Shown one piece after another: positions 26,380 through 37,973 of a stretch of 64,000 nucleotides of DNA (positions are counted from its first letter, which is position 1; each line of letters starts with the position of its first letter). The DNA comes from Chlorokybus atmophyticus. Taxonomy: Eukaryota; Plantae; Mesostigma and Chlorokybus algae. The stretch covers positions 4,274 to 68,273 of the forward strand of contig RHPI01001559.1 in assembly GCA_009103225.1 (NCBI GenBank), given 5' to 3'. A program made the position numbers and the translations under genes. Under the pieces are notes generated by a model. It was not told the origin of the DNA. It ran no database searches and worked only from the letters and a program-made list of their open reading frames with translations.

Positions 26380-26770
26380 AGAGCGACATAGCGCATACCA
26401 ACAACACCATTGTCAGGTTGACCACCGGGTTCATTCACTACCTCACACGCTGCACTATCCCTACCACCCCGTTACCCATGTAAGCATGCACATGCATATG
26501 CGTTCACCTGCACAACGGCCGTTGGTTAGCGGCCCAGTCTTAGCCGAGGCAGCAGCAGCAGCAGGAGCAGACCCAACGAACTCCCCCTCCTCCTCCCACA
26601 TCACCACCTCCACCCACAACTGCGTCATACACCCTGCTGTGGCTGCGTCGTTAGGGTTTGCGCCCATTAGCGCGCAGCATGCATACGCACAGCACGTCGC
26701 ACTCCCTTTTCGCAGTGCTGTGTACTCCACCGTGATGACACGGGCAGACCTCGCTGCTCCCCATGTATTG
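26380..26770 (+). repeat. Frameshifted copy of the ~760-bp repeat family
   Basis: Close match to 10960-11310 (GCTGCGTCGTTAGGGTTTGCGCCCAT..GCGCGCAGCATGCAT..GCACAGCACG). Confidence 0.75.
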
Positions 26771-28611
26771 CAATTCGCCGTAGTAGTCCTGCTCGGGTGC
26801 TCCTTGCTTGTATAAATCACACAATAGCAAGCGTACAAAATCTGCATTGTTGCTGTCTTTTAATGCGCGAGTATGGTTGCTTTGAAAATGAACGTTAAAG
26901 CAAGCTTTCTTATCAGTCACAATTGCCTAATGGCTGATACTGTTGTGCCTCGCTTGTTAGCTTTGCCTATGAGTGCTTTCCGGTAGGTGTACAAACATGA
27001 AGCGCAATGTGCAATTGCATGAACAGTACACGTGCGCTTCGAATTTTAGTACACGTGCATGAACTGGTCCACAATATCATATACTTGCACATATATATTG
27101 CCTACAAGCTATAATGGCACTGATTTACAACCGTAGTCTTGTAGGTTAATTCTGTGGTTTATCACGTATATGCGCATGTAGTGTGAAATTGAATTCAAAC
27201 TAGCTATAAGAATTTGTTGCAAGTCGTACATGCTTATAGCATATTAACTTGCCATTACGTTTGCTTATATAATGTGTCATGAAATTATTTCGTGGTACAA
27301 GCGGTACCATGATACTGTTGATAAAGGTAAACCTTACACATAAAGGTACCCGTGTTATCTTGGTACAATAATAAGGCAACTGGCCTTGTCAACATGATTT
27401 ATGGAGGCTGAACGTGCCGATTTTAAAAAATCGTGCTTGATATCGATGTACAATTCGGTACTACTTACTGGTTAACCATCAACAGATGTATTATGTCAAC
27501 ATTAAGGTTGTTAAAATATTGGCAATACGCCTCGTAAATTGTCAAGGATCTTTGAATGCCTACTTGAAACACTCGATCGCATTGTTTGTATATTACACAT
27601 TACAATACAAGGTCGATTGGGATTTTGCATTAAAGCAAACTACTATTATGCGCCATGATGTGCGGTTAATCAAGCCAAGTTGATAAAATATACATAACTT
27701 ACATACAATGCTTATTCGCATTAATACATATGTATTCATACACGTTCACTTTGATAAATATCTGCTGCCTGCTGCAGCCCCACCTGATTAGCACGCACTT
27801 ATTCAACCTGCGTTATTGTGGTGCCCCTTGTATTATAGTTGTTGTTGTAGATATGTGCATGGTGTGAGCCACCAGTGAACGGCCTGATTTCTACAATGGA
27901 GAGTGGCTTACCGCCTTCATTGGTTGGCTATAACAACGGCGCTACAGGGCTATTGCATTGCGCTGAGATTGCATTGAAACATTATATGTGACGTGCGTAC
28001 GGGGTGCTATGACATACATTTGCAGAATGGGCATGCGCACTTTGTTGCTGCATGATCAGTATGCATGCGCGCAGTCATCAACACATATCCAACATCCTAT
28101 TACAACCGCCAGGCTATATGCCTACGCTAACCCCACTACCCGTAGCCCCAAAAATAACCCGCAGTTGCTGTCATACCTGCCACACAACCGCTGCTCCCAG
28201 AAGCCCTCAAGCGCCATAGTGGCCGCCACCACTGCTGGTGCATTGCGTACATGCTTGCATGCGTTCTACCAAACATCCTATATGCATGGACATATTGCTT
28301 GATAAACCTATGCATCCATGCGCACAAGATGCACCTTATACCATCGTAATGTATCAATTTCATGTCAAGTTGGCTAGCATGTTGCCCCGCGATGCCTATA
28401 GGGAGGGGGCTGAGAGTCTGACTATAGTGTAGGGGGGCTGACAGCCTGAGACGTACCGTCATCAAAGATCCATTTACGACACGCGACTGCTGCCAGTCCG
28501 GTCGGACCAGGCCGTTAGGCAGCGGGCGGGCGGGGTTGCTGCGCTTGTCGCCGCCGTCGCCGTTGTCGTTGCTCGGCGCCTTGACCGGAGTCCTTTTCCT
28601 GTTCCGCCACC

Positions 28612-31406
28612 ATGCCAGGCATCCTCAGCGTACGAGGTGAGCGGAGGAGCTGAGCTATGACTGTTGGCCAAGTCAGCATGGCCTAGCCAGGCTAAGCCAG
28701 GCCAGGCTAGGCCAGGCCTGCTCGGGTCCAAACTTTTGTGATATGACCTTGTCGTTGCTAGTGACCAATGCGTGCTTGCTGACACTTTTGTCTCGCTGGG
28801 CAGTGCTTTCGGCGTCGGACTTACGCCTCCATGATGGCCGTAAGTGTACAGTGAAATGCTTGCATCGCCTCTCTAGTGACGTCTTAGTCCAACAGAGTGC
28901 CTGCTTGACAAACTGTCTTTTCACGCACTGTCACCCACGTTACGCCGCTTTAACCTGTTCCCCCTCTGTCTCAATCATAACTGTGCATGTTGATAACATG
29001 AATGCATTTGGTCTTGGTTATTTAGACTGATAGTTTTTCTCGTGTTCGGGCAGCTATTAAGAACGACACTTTCATACGAGGTAAGTAAGTGCATGTGTGT
29101 TTCACAGTGGCATTTGATGTGCATTCATCATTCAACAAGGTCAACCTCAGTCTGGCCTGCATTGAAGACACTCTTTTCGGGTCTTTCCAGTGCACTTGAG
29201 CGGTCAAGAGAAGCGCACGGCCGTTGCAAAGCAAACGGCCTCACCGGTGTTCAATGAAGACTTCACGTTGTGAGAGTTAGCTTTGAGCAGTGATCTTGTT
29301 GATGGTGGTCTTGATGGTGGTGGTGGTGATGATGACTGTTGTGCAGTCCTCTTGCTTCGCTTTCGGACAAGCTGTCTGTGGCAGTGTTCAGCAGTGGCCG
29401 GTTCAGTGAAGAATTGGTTGGCTCCGTTGGTAAGTCGATCCACAAACAATTTCCGAGAACCGTGTGTCCTGACCATGCTCAATCAGCTATATAGCCCACA
29501 TTGCACTGAGCAGAGATCTCCATGCCATCTATCATCGAGTTGGGTTACCGGGACGAAGTGTTCTTGCTCACGGATGCAAAGGTATGCAAATCTATGGTCA
29601 TGTGTCGTTAGATATTCAACCGACATGTGCCATTGCCTTTGCATGCTCATTCCTTCGGCTTAGTTTGAACGTGATGCTTACACATGCCATGCAAGCTCTA
29701 CTATGCCATGTGATCATCACTCTCATACTGTTGTTCGTGGCAGACTGCTGCAGCTGGCAAAGTGCACTTGCAGCTCACTTTCACTCTAAGTGATGAGGAA
29801 CGACAGAAGCTGGAAGAGCTGGTAGGCACTGCTGCGTGCCAATCACCACCTTTGTGAAGAGTGAGTAGCATTGGTCACTGCATTTCCACTCACAACAAAC
29901 TGTTCGCACGGCAGCGTCAGCGCACGAAGCATACAGCAGCTGAGAGAGCGAGCGCCCTCAACTCGCCGTCCAACACGCCCACCAAAAACATCACCAACCC
30001 GGTATGTGCGTGCGCGAGTGTGTTCTCGTGCGTGTTCACGTGAGGCCGTGCGCATGTATGTGTCTCTGTGTGTGTTCGCATGCACACGTGTGTGCGTTCG
30101 TAGTAAGCAGTTTTGCTGCAGTGTTGCGTGTTGTGCAATTCGACACACGAGTCATGCACAATACTGGTCTGGCGCCAGACTCTCTTGCGTTGTCTTAACG
30201 CTGTTACTTACTAACACACAATGTTGTGCTCACACATTAGGCGGGGAGTGCGGTGGCCGAAGCCGTTGCGCGCGACACAATGGTTGCATTGCTCACGTTC
30301 ACAGTTTGCGAGGCACGTGTGACTGGAGGAAGGTGAGAGACAGCCAGATTTTAAGCACATTGCGTTTGCCATACTACATTTTTCCAATGGTGTCTCTTCT
30401 TCATCACCTTACGTGTTCGCGCAGGACTTTGAACATGCCAAAAGGGGAGCTCTTTGTCAGCGTGACAATGGGCGGCCAAGAAACCAACAGCGACTTTCCG
30501 TCAATGGTCAACTCCGACAAGGGCAAAACATGCCAATTGTAAGCGCAGCAACTTTATCATTATCGATGTCGTCGTCATGGCGTGGCTTGTGTGTCTGTCC
30601 TCAACATCTCTTTTCTGTTGGCAGTCCTGTTGGCTCTGCAGACACATCAATATCCTTTGCGTGCTACGATGCGACATTGGAAAGACAGCAAATAGGCACG
30701 GCCACGGTGTCCATTCCGATACTCGCGGCGCAGCCCACACAGGACCAGTGGATCCCTCTCTTGCAGGGAGGCAAGCGTGTGGGTGACGTACACCTTGTCC
30801 TTAAGTACGCTGGCATCCCAAAGGTGAGAAGCACATGATATTGAACTGTTGTTTTTGAGCTGGGTAAGTGTTGGTTTGTTGCAAGGGGGCAGAGGGGCCG
30901 TGCGCACGCGCGTGCATTCGTGTGTATGACCAGCTTGTTGGCAGATAAGTGGCAATGGGAGGCTTGTGCAGCCATTGAGCCAACAACATCAACCAGTTGA
31001 TGAGCCGGTGAAGAAGCGCGCGGGTCCGGGCAAGGGGCTTGGCATCATCGGGGCCATCCTGGCCTTCACTGGGGCCTACCTGCTCTGGCCTAAGCCCGAG
31101 TTCTACACCGTCAAGCGAGGGGACTACCTCGAGAAGCTGACTGAAGACTGCAATGACCCCAGCTCCAAGTTCTACTCGCTCAACCCTGATGTAAGCGTGT
31201 GAATGCTGGCCTCGTTGTCATGCACTCGAGTGCCATATTTGTTGTGCTTCTTGTTGCGTGTGCGTACACGTGTGTGCGAGCTGCAATGCCTGAAAGCTTT
31301 TGCGTGTTGCTGAGACTTGCTGCTCAAGGAGGTAATGACGTGTTGTTGGGTTCAGATCTGCAACCGGGACCTCATCTTTCCCGGGCAAAAGATCCGCCTG
31401 AAGTAG
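28612..31406 (+). CDS. Tandem C2 domains + single transmembrane helix + C-terminal LysM domain; 11 exons
   Basis: All junctions are GT-AG and in frame. C2A: MPGILSVRVLSASDL..KRTAVAKQTASPVFNEDFTF..LSVAVF..LVGSVEI..GKVHLQLTF. C2B: LLTFTVCEAR..LFVSVTMGGQE..ISFACYD..IGTATVSI..DQWIPL..VGDVHLVLKY. TM: GLGIIGAILAFTGAYLLW. LysM: YTVKRGDYLEKL..LNPDICNRDLIFPGQKIRLK*. Confidence 0.8.
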
Positions 31407-32118
31407 GGTGATGGACTGGATGTGGTGGGACGTCTCAGAGGTGCCTGTTGTCTGCAAGAGGTTATATACGGAGCATGTGCGCCCCTGAGCCAGCACTGTT
31501 GTTGTGGGTCAAAAAGAGAATAGACCGGAACCACCCAGACCAGCATGTTAGTGCCAGCATAATGTTGATCACTTGCACAATGAATTCCAGTAGTACGTGG
31601 CCAGCCGTGGCACAAGACACGCACACATCATGATTCGGTAGTCAACTGGAAACGCACCTATGCATCCACAGCGCTGGCTCATACCCCTGCGTCCTTGCAT
31701 TCATGCATGTCTGTATGCGTGTGCAAGTGTCCTCAAGTGCACGTGCATATACAGCTTGCTTGCCTGTCTGTCGCACAGCCTTGCACACACGTGGACAGTG
31801 TACAAAAGGGGTGTGCTACTATGTGCACTGCACGCGCATGTGTGCACACAATGGGGTTACACAACAGCACCAGGAAGGGTCGTATTGCACAGCAACAGCT
31901 TGTAATCTGGAATCCTACCAAAGCGCAGACACACTAGTAACCACCAAGTATCAATGCCAGTTTCTGTTGGGGTGAGATCGGCGGCCGTTGCGGCAGAACT
32001 TGCTGGTCGCGAGGCCATCTTGTCGATGGCAGCCCAACCGCTGACTCAACCAGCCCTGCCTCTAATCGGTGGCTGCTGCCATTCCTGTTGTGCTTCCACA
32101 CATTCACTTTAAGGATGC

Positions 32119-32466
32119 NNNNNNNNNNNNNNNNNNNNNNNNNNNNNNNNNNNNNNNNNNNNNNNNNNNNNNNNNNNNNNNNNNNNNNNNNNNNNNNNNN
32201 NNNNNNNNNNNNNNNNNNNNNNNNNNNNNNNNNNNNNNNNNNNNNNNNNNNNNNNNNNNNNNNNNNNNNNNNNNNNNNNNNNNNNNNNNNNNNNNNNNNN
32301 NNNNNNNNNNNNNNNNNNNNNNNNNNNNNNNNNNNNNNNNNNNNNNNNNNNNNNNNNNNNNNNNNNNNNNNNNNNNNNNNNNNNNNNNNNNNNNNNNNNN
32401 NNNNNNNNNNNNNNNNNNNNNNNNNNNNNNNNNNNNNNNNNNNNNNNNNNNNNNNNNNNNNNNNNC
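32119..32466. other. Assembly gap (Ns)
   Basis: Run of N followed by a poly-C tract. Confidence 0.99.
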
Positions 32467-33589
32467 CCCCCCCCCCCCAACTGCAGCCGCTTGCTTGTGT
32501 GCTGATCAATGTTTGCTGTCGTGCGCGCGCGCATGGATTGTGTAGTCCACAGCTTGTTGCTGGGTGTGGAGTGCGTCCCTGAGCGTTGCCCTGGTGGAGG
32601 TGCTGGCAGGGGTTTGGGCAGGCTGGTGGGAGCTGGCGCGGTACCCATGCGTCTGCCGGGTGGCGGGCAGCCCGGCAGCAGTCTCTGCGAAAACGCCTGT
32701 GCGCCAAAGACTTCCCCACAGCGCAATAGGTGCGTGCCATGTCGACATGACCTCGAGCTGACATTGATAATCTTTGTCATTGTACGCTCAAGTGCACGGT
32801 CGCCGTGCACTTGAGCAGGTGACTAGGCACCTTGCTCAATCAAACCAATGCCTGCATTGCACACTCACATTCACACTCGTGCGCACTTACACGCATGCAT
32901 GCATGCACAGGCACATGCGCACAAACCAAACACATAGGTGGACACGACGTGTACCAGAGCACGCACACTAAGCACAGTGCACAATGTACATAAAGGGCGC
33001 AAAATAGGTGCACATGCGTATAACATGCAATGAGCCACATAGCAATGCAGTGTACGTGTGCGTGTGTGTACGCAAGCATGCGCACGCGTGTGTGAGACCA
33101 ATTCACCATGACGGCATGCATTCTTGACACGACGAAGCATACAAAGTGCGCACCATGCCAATGCTAGACTCAACCACTGCTTGGCAAGTACATGACATGA
33201 CTGGCATACAAGTGTTCAATAGTGTGTGCATAGTTTTAAACTATTTGTGCATCACGAGCAGTGGCTTGATTGTCGTAAATGCGTGACGGTGGAAAATTGC
33301 CAAGGGAGAATGCGGTTGTATAATTTGAAGATAGGCATTACCTTAATAACTGCAATTGCGAAAAACTGTTTGGCAACGCCCTTAAGGTGACAATCATAAA
33401 AGGGATGACTCTTGTTTTTTATTAGTATGTATGCAAGCACGATATCATTAAGCTAGTTTGCTGCGTGCATGGGTGCATGCTGTAATTGATAACTTGCTAG
33501 CACGAGCAGCAGTTGCACCACCCCCGGTACCACCTGCCACGCAGCACTTGCAGCTCTGTCACGGATCACACTGTCATTAATTAATTGCA

Positions 33590-35970
33590 CCACCATTTCG
33601 TCATCTTCAGGTGCACACGTTCGCATCTACCTTTGCAGTGATCTGTAGAAGATACTACTTATGTCTGCAGAGTTGGATACACTAAACCATGAACTATGGC
33701 AGCAAAATCTGGGGGATGTTATGAATGTGCATGTAGAGTTCAACACCACCCATGACTTCCGCCTACACCAGCACAACTCTAGGCCACGGCTCCAACACCT
33801 ATACCTCACCGCCAAGCTCCACAGTAACTCACATAAGCTGCGATTCATTGCAGCTGCATACAACACAACAATGTCGACGTGTCAGTATAGTATAGTTGTG
33901 TTGTGTGTATGAATCTTGTTCATCTGTGGTTGATGATGTGTGGACTGAACTGGTGCAGGACCCTACAACAGCTGCATCTTGAATTCTCAAAGACTCAAGG
34001 GCATTTGAACGCTTGCAAACCTACCTCAACTGTCACAGCCCACTCGACCACAAAAGACTTGGTGCTTTTATGGTCGTTATATGGTAATTTAATGTACCTT
34101 GTCGTTACATTTCCCCCCACTCAAGAACGTTGACGTCCTCGGCAGCTGGCTCTTATCAGCTGGGAAATCATCCCAGGGGTCTGATTAGGGTCGGTCACCG
34201 GCCCCACCGCCCAAGGACCGGCCAATCTAGGCCCATACCGGTCAACGTGCGCATAGCGCACCGCTGCCGGCCCCACAGGTCGCGTCGCGATAGGTAGGTC
34301 GCGCCCTGCCGCGCCGACTGAACTGGTTAGTTCGGCGCGACTGCCATTAGGCAAGTCGCGACCCATCAATGATGGCACTTATCAAGTGACCATTTACGAT
34401 GTTATTGGATCGAGAGAAACAACGACCGCGGAATTCGTGTGCAATGCAGGAATCGAACCCGGGTCTCAAGCTCCGATGACCAATGTCACAGCCCACTCGA
34501 CCACAGAAGACCGGCAGCGGCGCGCCCTAGGGTCTGATTACTAATCACGGACCCTAGTAGGGTCCGTCACCGGCCCCACCACCCAAGGACCGGCCAATTT
34601 AAGCCTATACCGGTTAACGCGCGCATAGCGAAACGCTGCCGGCCCCACAGGTCGCGTCGCCGCGATAGGCAGGTCGCGCCCTGCCGCAACGACTGAACTG
34701 GTCAGTTCGGCGCGACTTCCATTAGGCAAGTCGCGACCCATCAATAATGGCACTTATAAAGTGACCATTTACGATGTTATTGGATCAAGACTGAACTGGT
34801 CAGTTCGGCGCGACTTCCATTAGGCAAGTCGCGACCCATCAATGATGGCACTTATAAAGTGACCATTTACGATGTTATTGGATCAAGAAACAACGATCGC
34901 GGAATTCGTGTGCAATGCAGGAATCGAGCCCAGGTCTCAAACTCCAATGACCAATGTCACACCCCACTCAACCACAAAAGTCTTGGTGCTTTTATGGTCG
35001 ATTTGTGGTAATTTAATGTACCTTCCCGTTACATCAACACAACACGTACCGAAGAGCAAAGCGTGAGTTCTTACATTTGGACACATATGACTTGACCACA
35101 CTCTATACTAACATTGCCCACGCTAATCTTGACAGCAACATTGGCATGGTGATGCATGAGGTCTATGCTTACATGCATAGGCACAGTAGGGCCACTACAC
35201 TGCATGTCACAGTGGTTGCAGGAGTTGTTACTCACAAGCGGGCTGTTGACATCACGGTAACAGCAGCAGAGGGTATTACCAAGGTGTTTAATGCACACCT
35301 TTTACACACACTGCTGCTGTTTGCTTGCTCCAACCTGTTTGTGCAGTCAACTAGTGATCACCTATACAGACAACGCATGGGGATTCCTATGGGAAACCCT
35401 GCAGGAGTCTATCTTGCGAATTACGATCTTGTGGCCTATGAGCTTTGATGGATGAGGCGCCTACTAGGCGTAGGTGTAGTACAGTCCTTGGTGGATACAC
35501 CGCTCTTCCTCAAGTTGGCCAAGGGCATCCTCAGGTTTGTGGATGGTTTGCTTGTGGTGGCAGTCTCTTACTTCGCACGGTTCATGTACATGTCGGATGC
35601 TGCACTGGGTGGGGAGATTTACCCTCAGCATATGCTAACGTCGTCACGCACATTGTCAGGCAATGATATCCCCTTTCTGGATATGTTGGTCTTTCAGATG
35701 ACATGTCATAGTATCTGCACGCGGGTATACAACGTGCTGAGGAAACCCGCCTTTGCAGTTGTGCTAGTGGTGAGAGCACTACACCCGCTTTTGGCTATTG
35801 CCACTTCCACCAAGCTTAACGTGGTTGTGGCACAGTATGTGACATTTGTACGATTAAGTACTTTCAGGCCACGCTTCGTGCAGGAAGCAGCTCATCACCA
35901 TGATGACCACATATTGCTACAACTAGAATCCATTAAAGCACCTCCTAAGGAGAGCTCGCCAAATTGGTAA
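33590..35970 (+). mobile_element. Decayed Penelope-like retroelement RT (Naiad/Chlamys-type), interrupted by a TRIM
   Basis: LYLTAKLH..LRFIAA; *ILKDS; after removing 34031-35038, LDTYDLTTLYTNI; YRQRMGIPMGNPAGVYLAN; RFVDG (degenerate YIDD); IPFLDMLV; K.NVV.AQ..F.RLST. Stops and frameshifts are present. No GIY-YIG domain seen. Confidence 0.85.
34031..35033 (-). mobile_element. TRIM (non-autonomous LTR element), tandem dimer with a partial middle LTR
   Basis: 79-bp LTRs TGT..ACA at 34031-34109 and 34955-35033 (8 mismatches); TSD TCAAC at 34026-34030 and 35034-35038. Minus-strand PBS-like TGGTCATTGGAG lies 1 nt from the 5' LTR and PPT GAGTGGGGGGAAA abuts the 3' LTR. Partial LTR at 34484-34511 has its own PBS. 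Confidence 0.9.
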
Positions 35971-37973
35971 GAGAACGAGGGTACATCTATGATGTAACAC
36001 CGTTGCACCTGCACATGCAAGTTGTACGAGCATGCAAGCACACCAATGCATGAAACTGATGATGTGACAGTGGGGTAAGTGCCGAGTGCCAACACTGGTA
36101 AGTGATAGTGAGTGTACGTGAGGGGAGCAGCTTGCCTGCCCTCATGCAAGTTATAGTCTTGGCTCTGTCACCTCACATTAAGCTTTATCGTGTGTTCTGT
36201 GACTCTACATGACTCATATTACTGTTGTAACATGAACTGCCTACATGAGTTCGCAGTTGCAAGTCTTAGGCCATCGTTGCTGCAAAATCGCTGTACCAAG
36301 CCCTCACAGCCGCCACCAAGACTGCACGGTTGGCGGGGGAGGGACAGGGAGGAGGAGCGCAATCTGCATAGCACTACATTGCATCGCATTGCTCAGTTCT
36401 TGCTGCCTTCCTACACCTCCAGCCCGCGGACTAACCAACCTTCTGCTCTCCCTCGCTAGTTCACAGGTCGAGCCACCACGCCCTCGCAGCTGCTTGCCCT
36501 TTGTATTGCACTGCACGCACATGAAGCACTAGCCGTAGCATAGGGCCCCGGGGGTTGGTAATAATTTGTTGGTCTGCTGCCTCTTCTGTTGCTAGCTGCT
36601 GATTGCGTGCTTGCTGTTGGTTGCTAGCTGTTGTTGTGCACTTTATTTGTGTGCGCATATTGTGCAAATTGACGTATACCTTAAGAAAGGTCGATGCGAT
36701 CTTTGCATTCCCTCATTTGCATCCGCATCGCAAAATAAAACAGAACTCAGGTGGATTAGGGGGTGGATTTCTTCAACCAGCAGCCCATCTGTTGGCTACT
36801 AGCAAGTTGTGTGCATCAATGATGCATAGATGACATCATCGTAGCATACTTATTTAATTTAGCTCATGCGAATGACATTTCCCCCAATTGTATTGTCAAG
36901 CCTTCAAGTATTTGCGTCACGTACCAATTCGAGCACAGTCAGCCTAATATTCGCATTGCCTATATTTATCAAACATAAACAAAGCATGATATATATATAT
37001 ACATAAGATATTTATACAGCATACAATATATATATTCAAATACAACAGATATTTATAAGATACTTACATCATCTGATAAGATTGTAGATATATACACTAT
37101 ACGTTGCATATCTATGGAAACTTGGCAATAAAGTTGACATATTATTTATGTATTTACACTAACAGCCACGTCGTAGTATTGTCGTATCAATACTTCACAT
37201 ATGCATAAACTTTACAATGTGTTTGTCTATGTATGTTGCATGTAATGCGTAATGTGCAACACTTAAGCAATATGCTTTCCTTAACACGTGGGGCATGATC
37301 ATATGCTTTTTAATTTGAAATACATCCGACTTAAATTCAACCGTAAAAGTTTCATTGAATAACAACAATTGATGTACACTGTGAGCAAGAGGGTCTCGTA
37401 TTGCTGGCGTTTAAGTTAAATGAATCTTAATGTTCTGATGAACTCGATCTTGGCCCCAGTTACATTGTATGCTTGCCTGCATTTATTTTTGTTGCACGTG
37501 CATGGTTACCATTCTTTAAGTCTTCTTGAATGCAACTGTGTGTTATGTTGTCAGCAAACCGATGCAATCTTAAAAAGCACGCAAAGATTATGAGCGCAGA
37601 GTAAGTGGGAGTCGTGAGGAAGAGGTTTTAGATAAGATATAACATTACAAAAAATATAGACTTACATGTAGCAACACGTGTAATTCTGCGAACACTTGCA
37701 TGCACATGCATGCTTGATGCAATGTTATATTTCCACATAAAGGCATTGTTGATGGATCAGCAAAAGGCCTATTATTTTCGCATAACATTATGTCAAATTA
37801 TTATGGTTACTGCAAGTTCAAGTCCAAGCATCTATCGGTGTCTCCTTACGCGTCGCCGCCCGGCGATCAGATGCTTCGCGTGTGACGGTTTGGGCGCGTG
37901 ATTTCTGATATATCGGGTACCCCTCGACGCGCTATGTATCCAATGGAGACCTCATACGCACAATAAGGCCCTA

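Noticed and set aside
26850-27980. AT-rich tracts here and at 36800-37900, 47600-49600 and 61100-62800 as possible foreign or viral DNA
   Set aside because: No recognisable ORFs, termini or motifs; only short chance ORFs.
31934-32810. Long ORFs spanning 32.1-32.5 kb
   Set aside because: Their length comes from Ns; the flanks gave no recognisable domain.
34449-34511. Functional tRNA gene
   Set aside because: A and B boxes are present, but acceptor and anticodon stems do not pair; treated as a promoter-like part of the TRIM.
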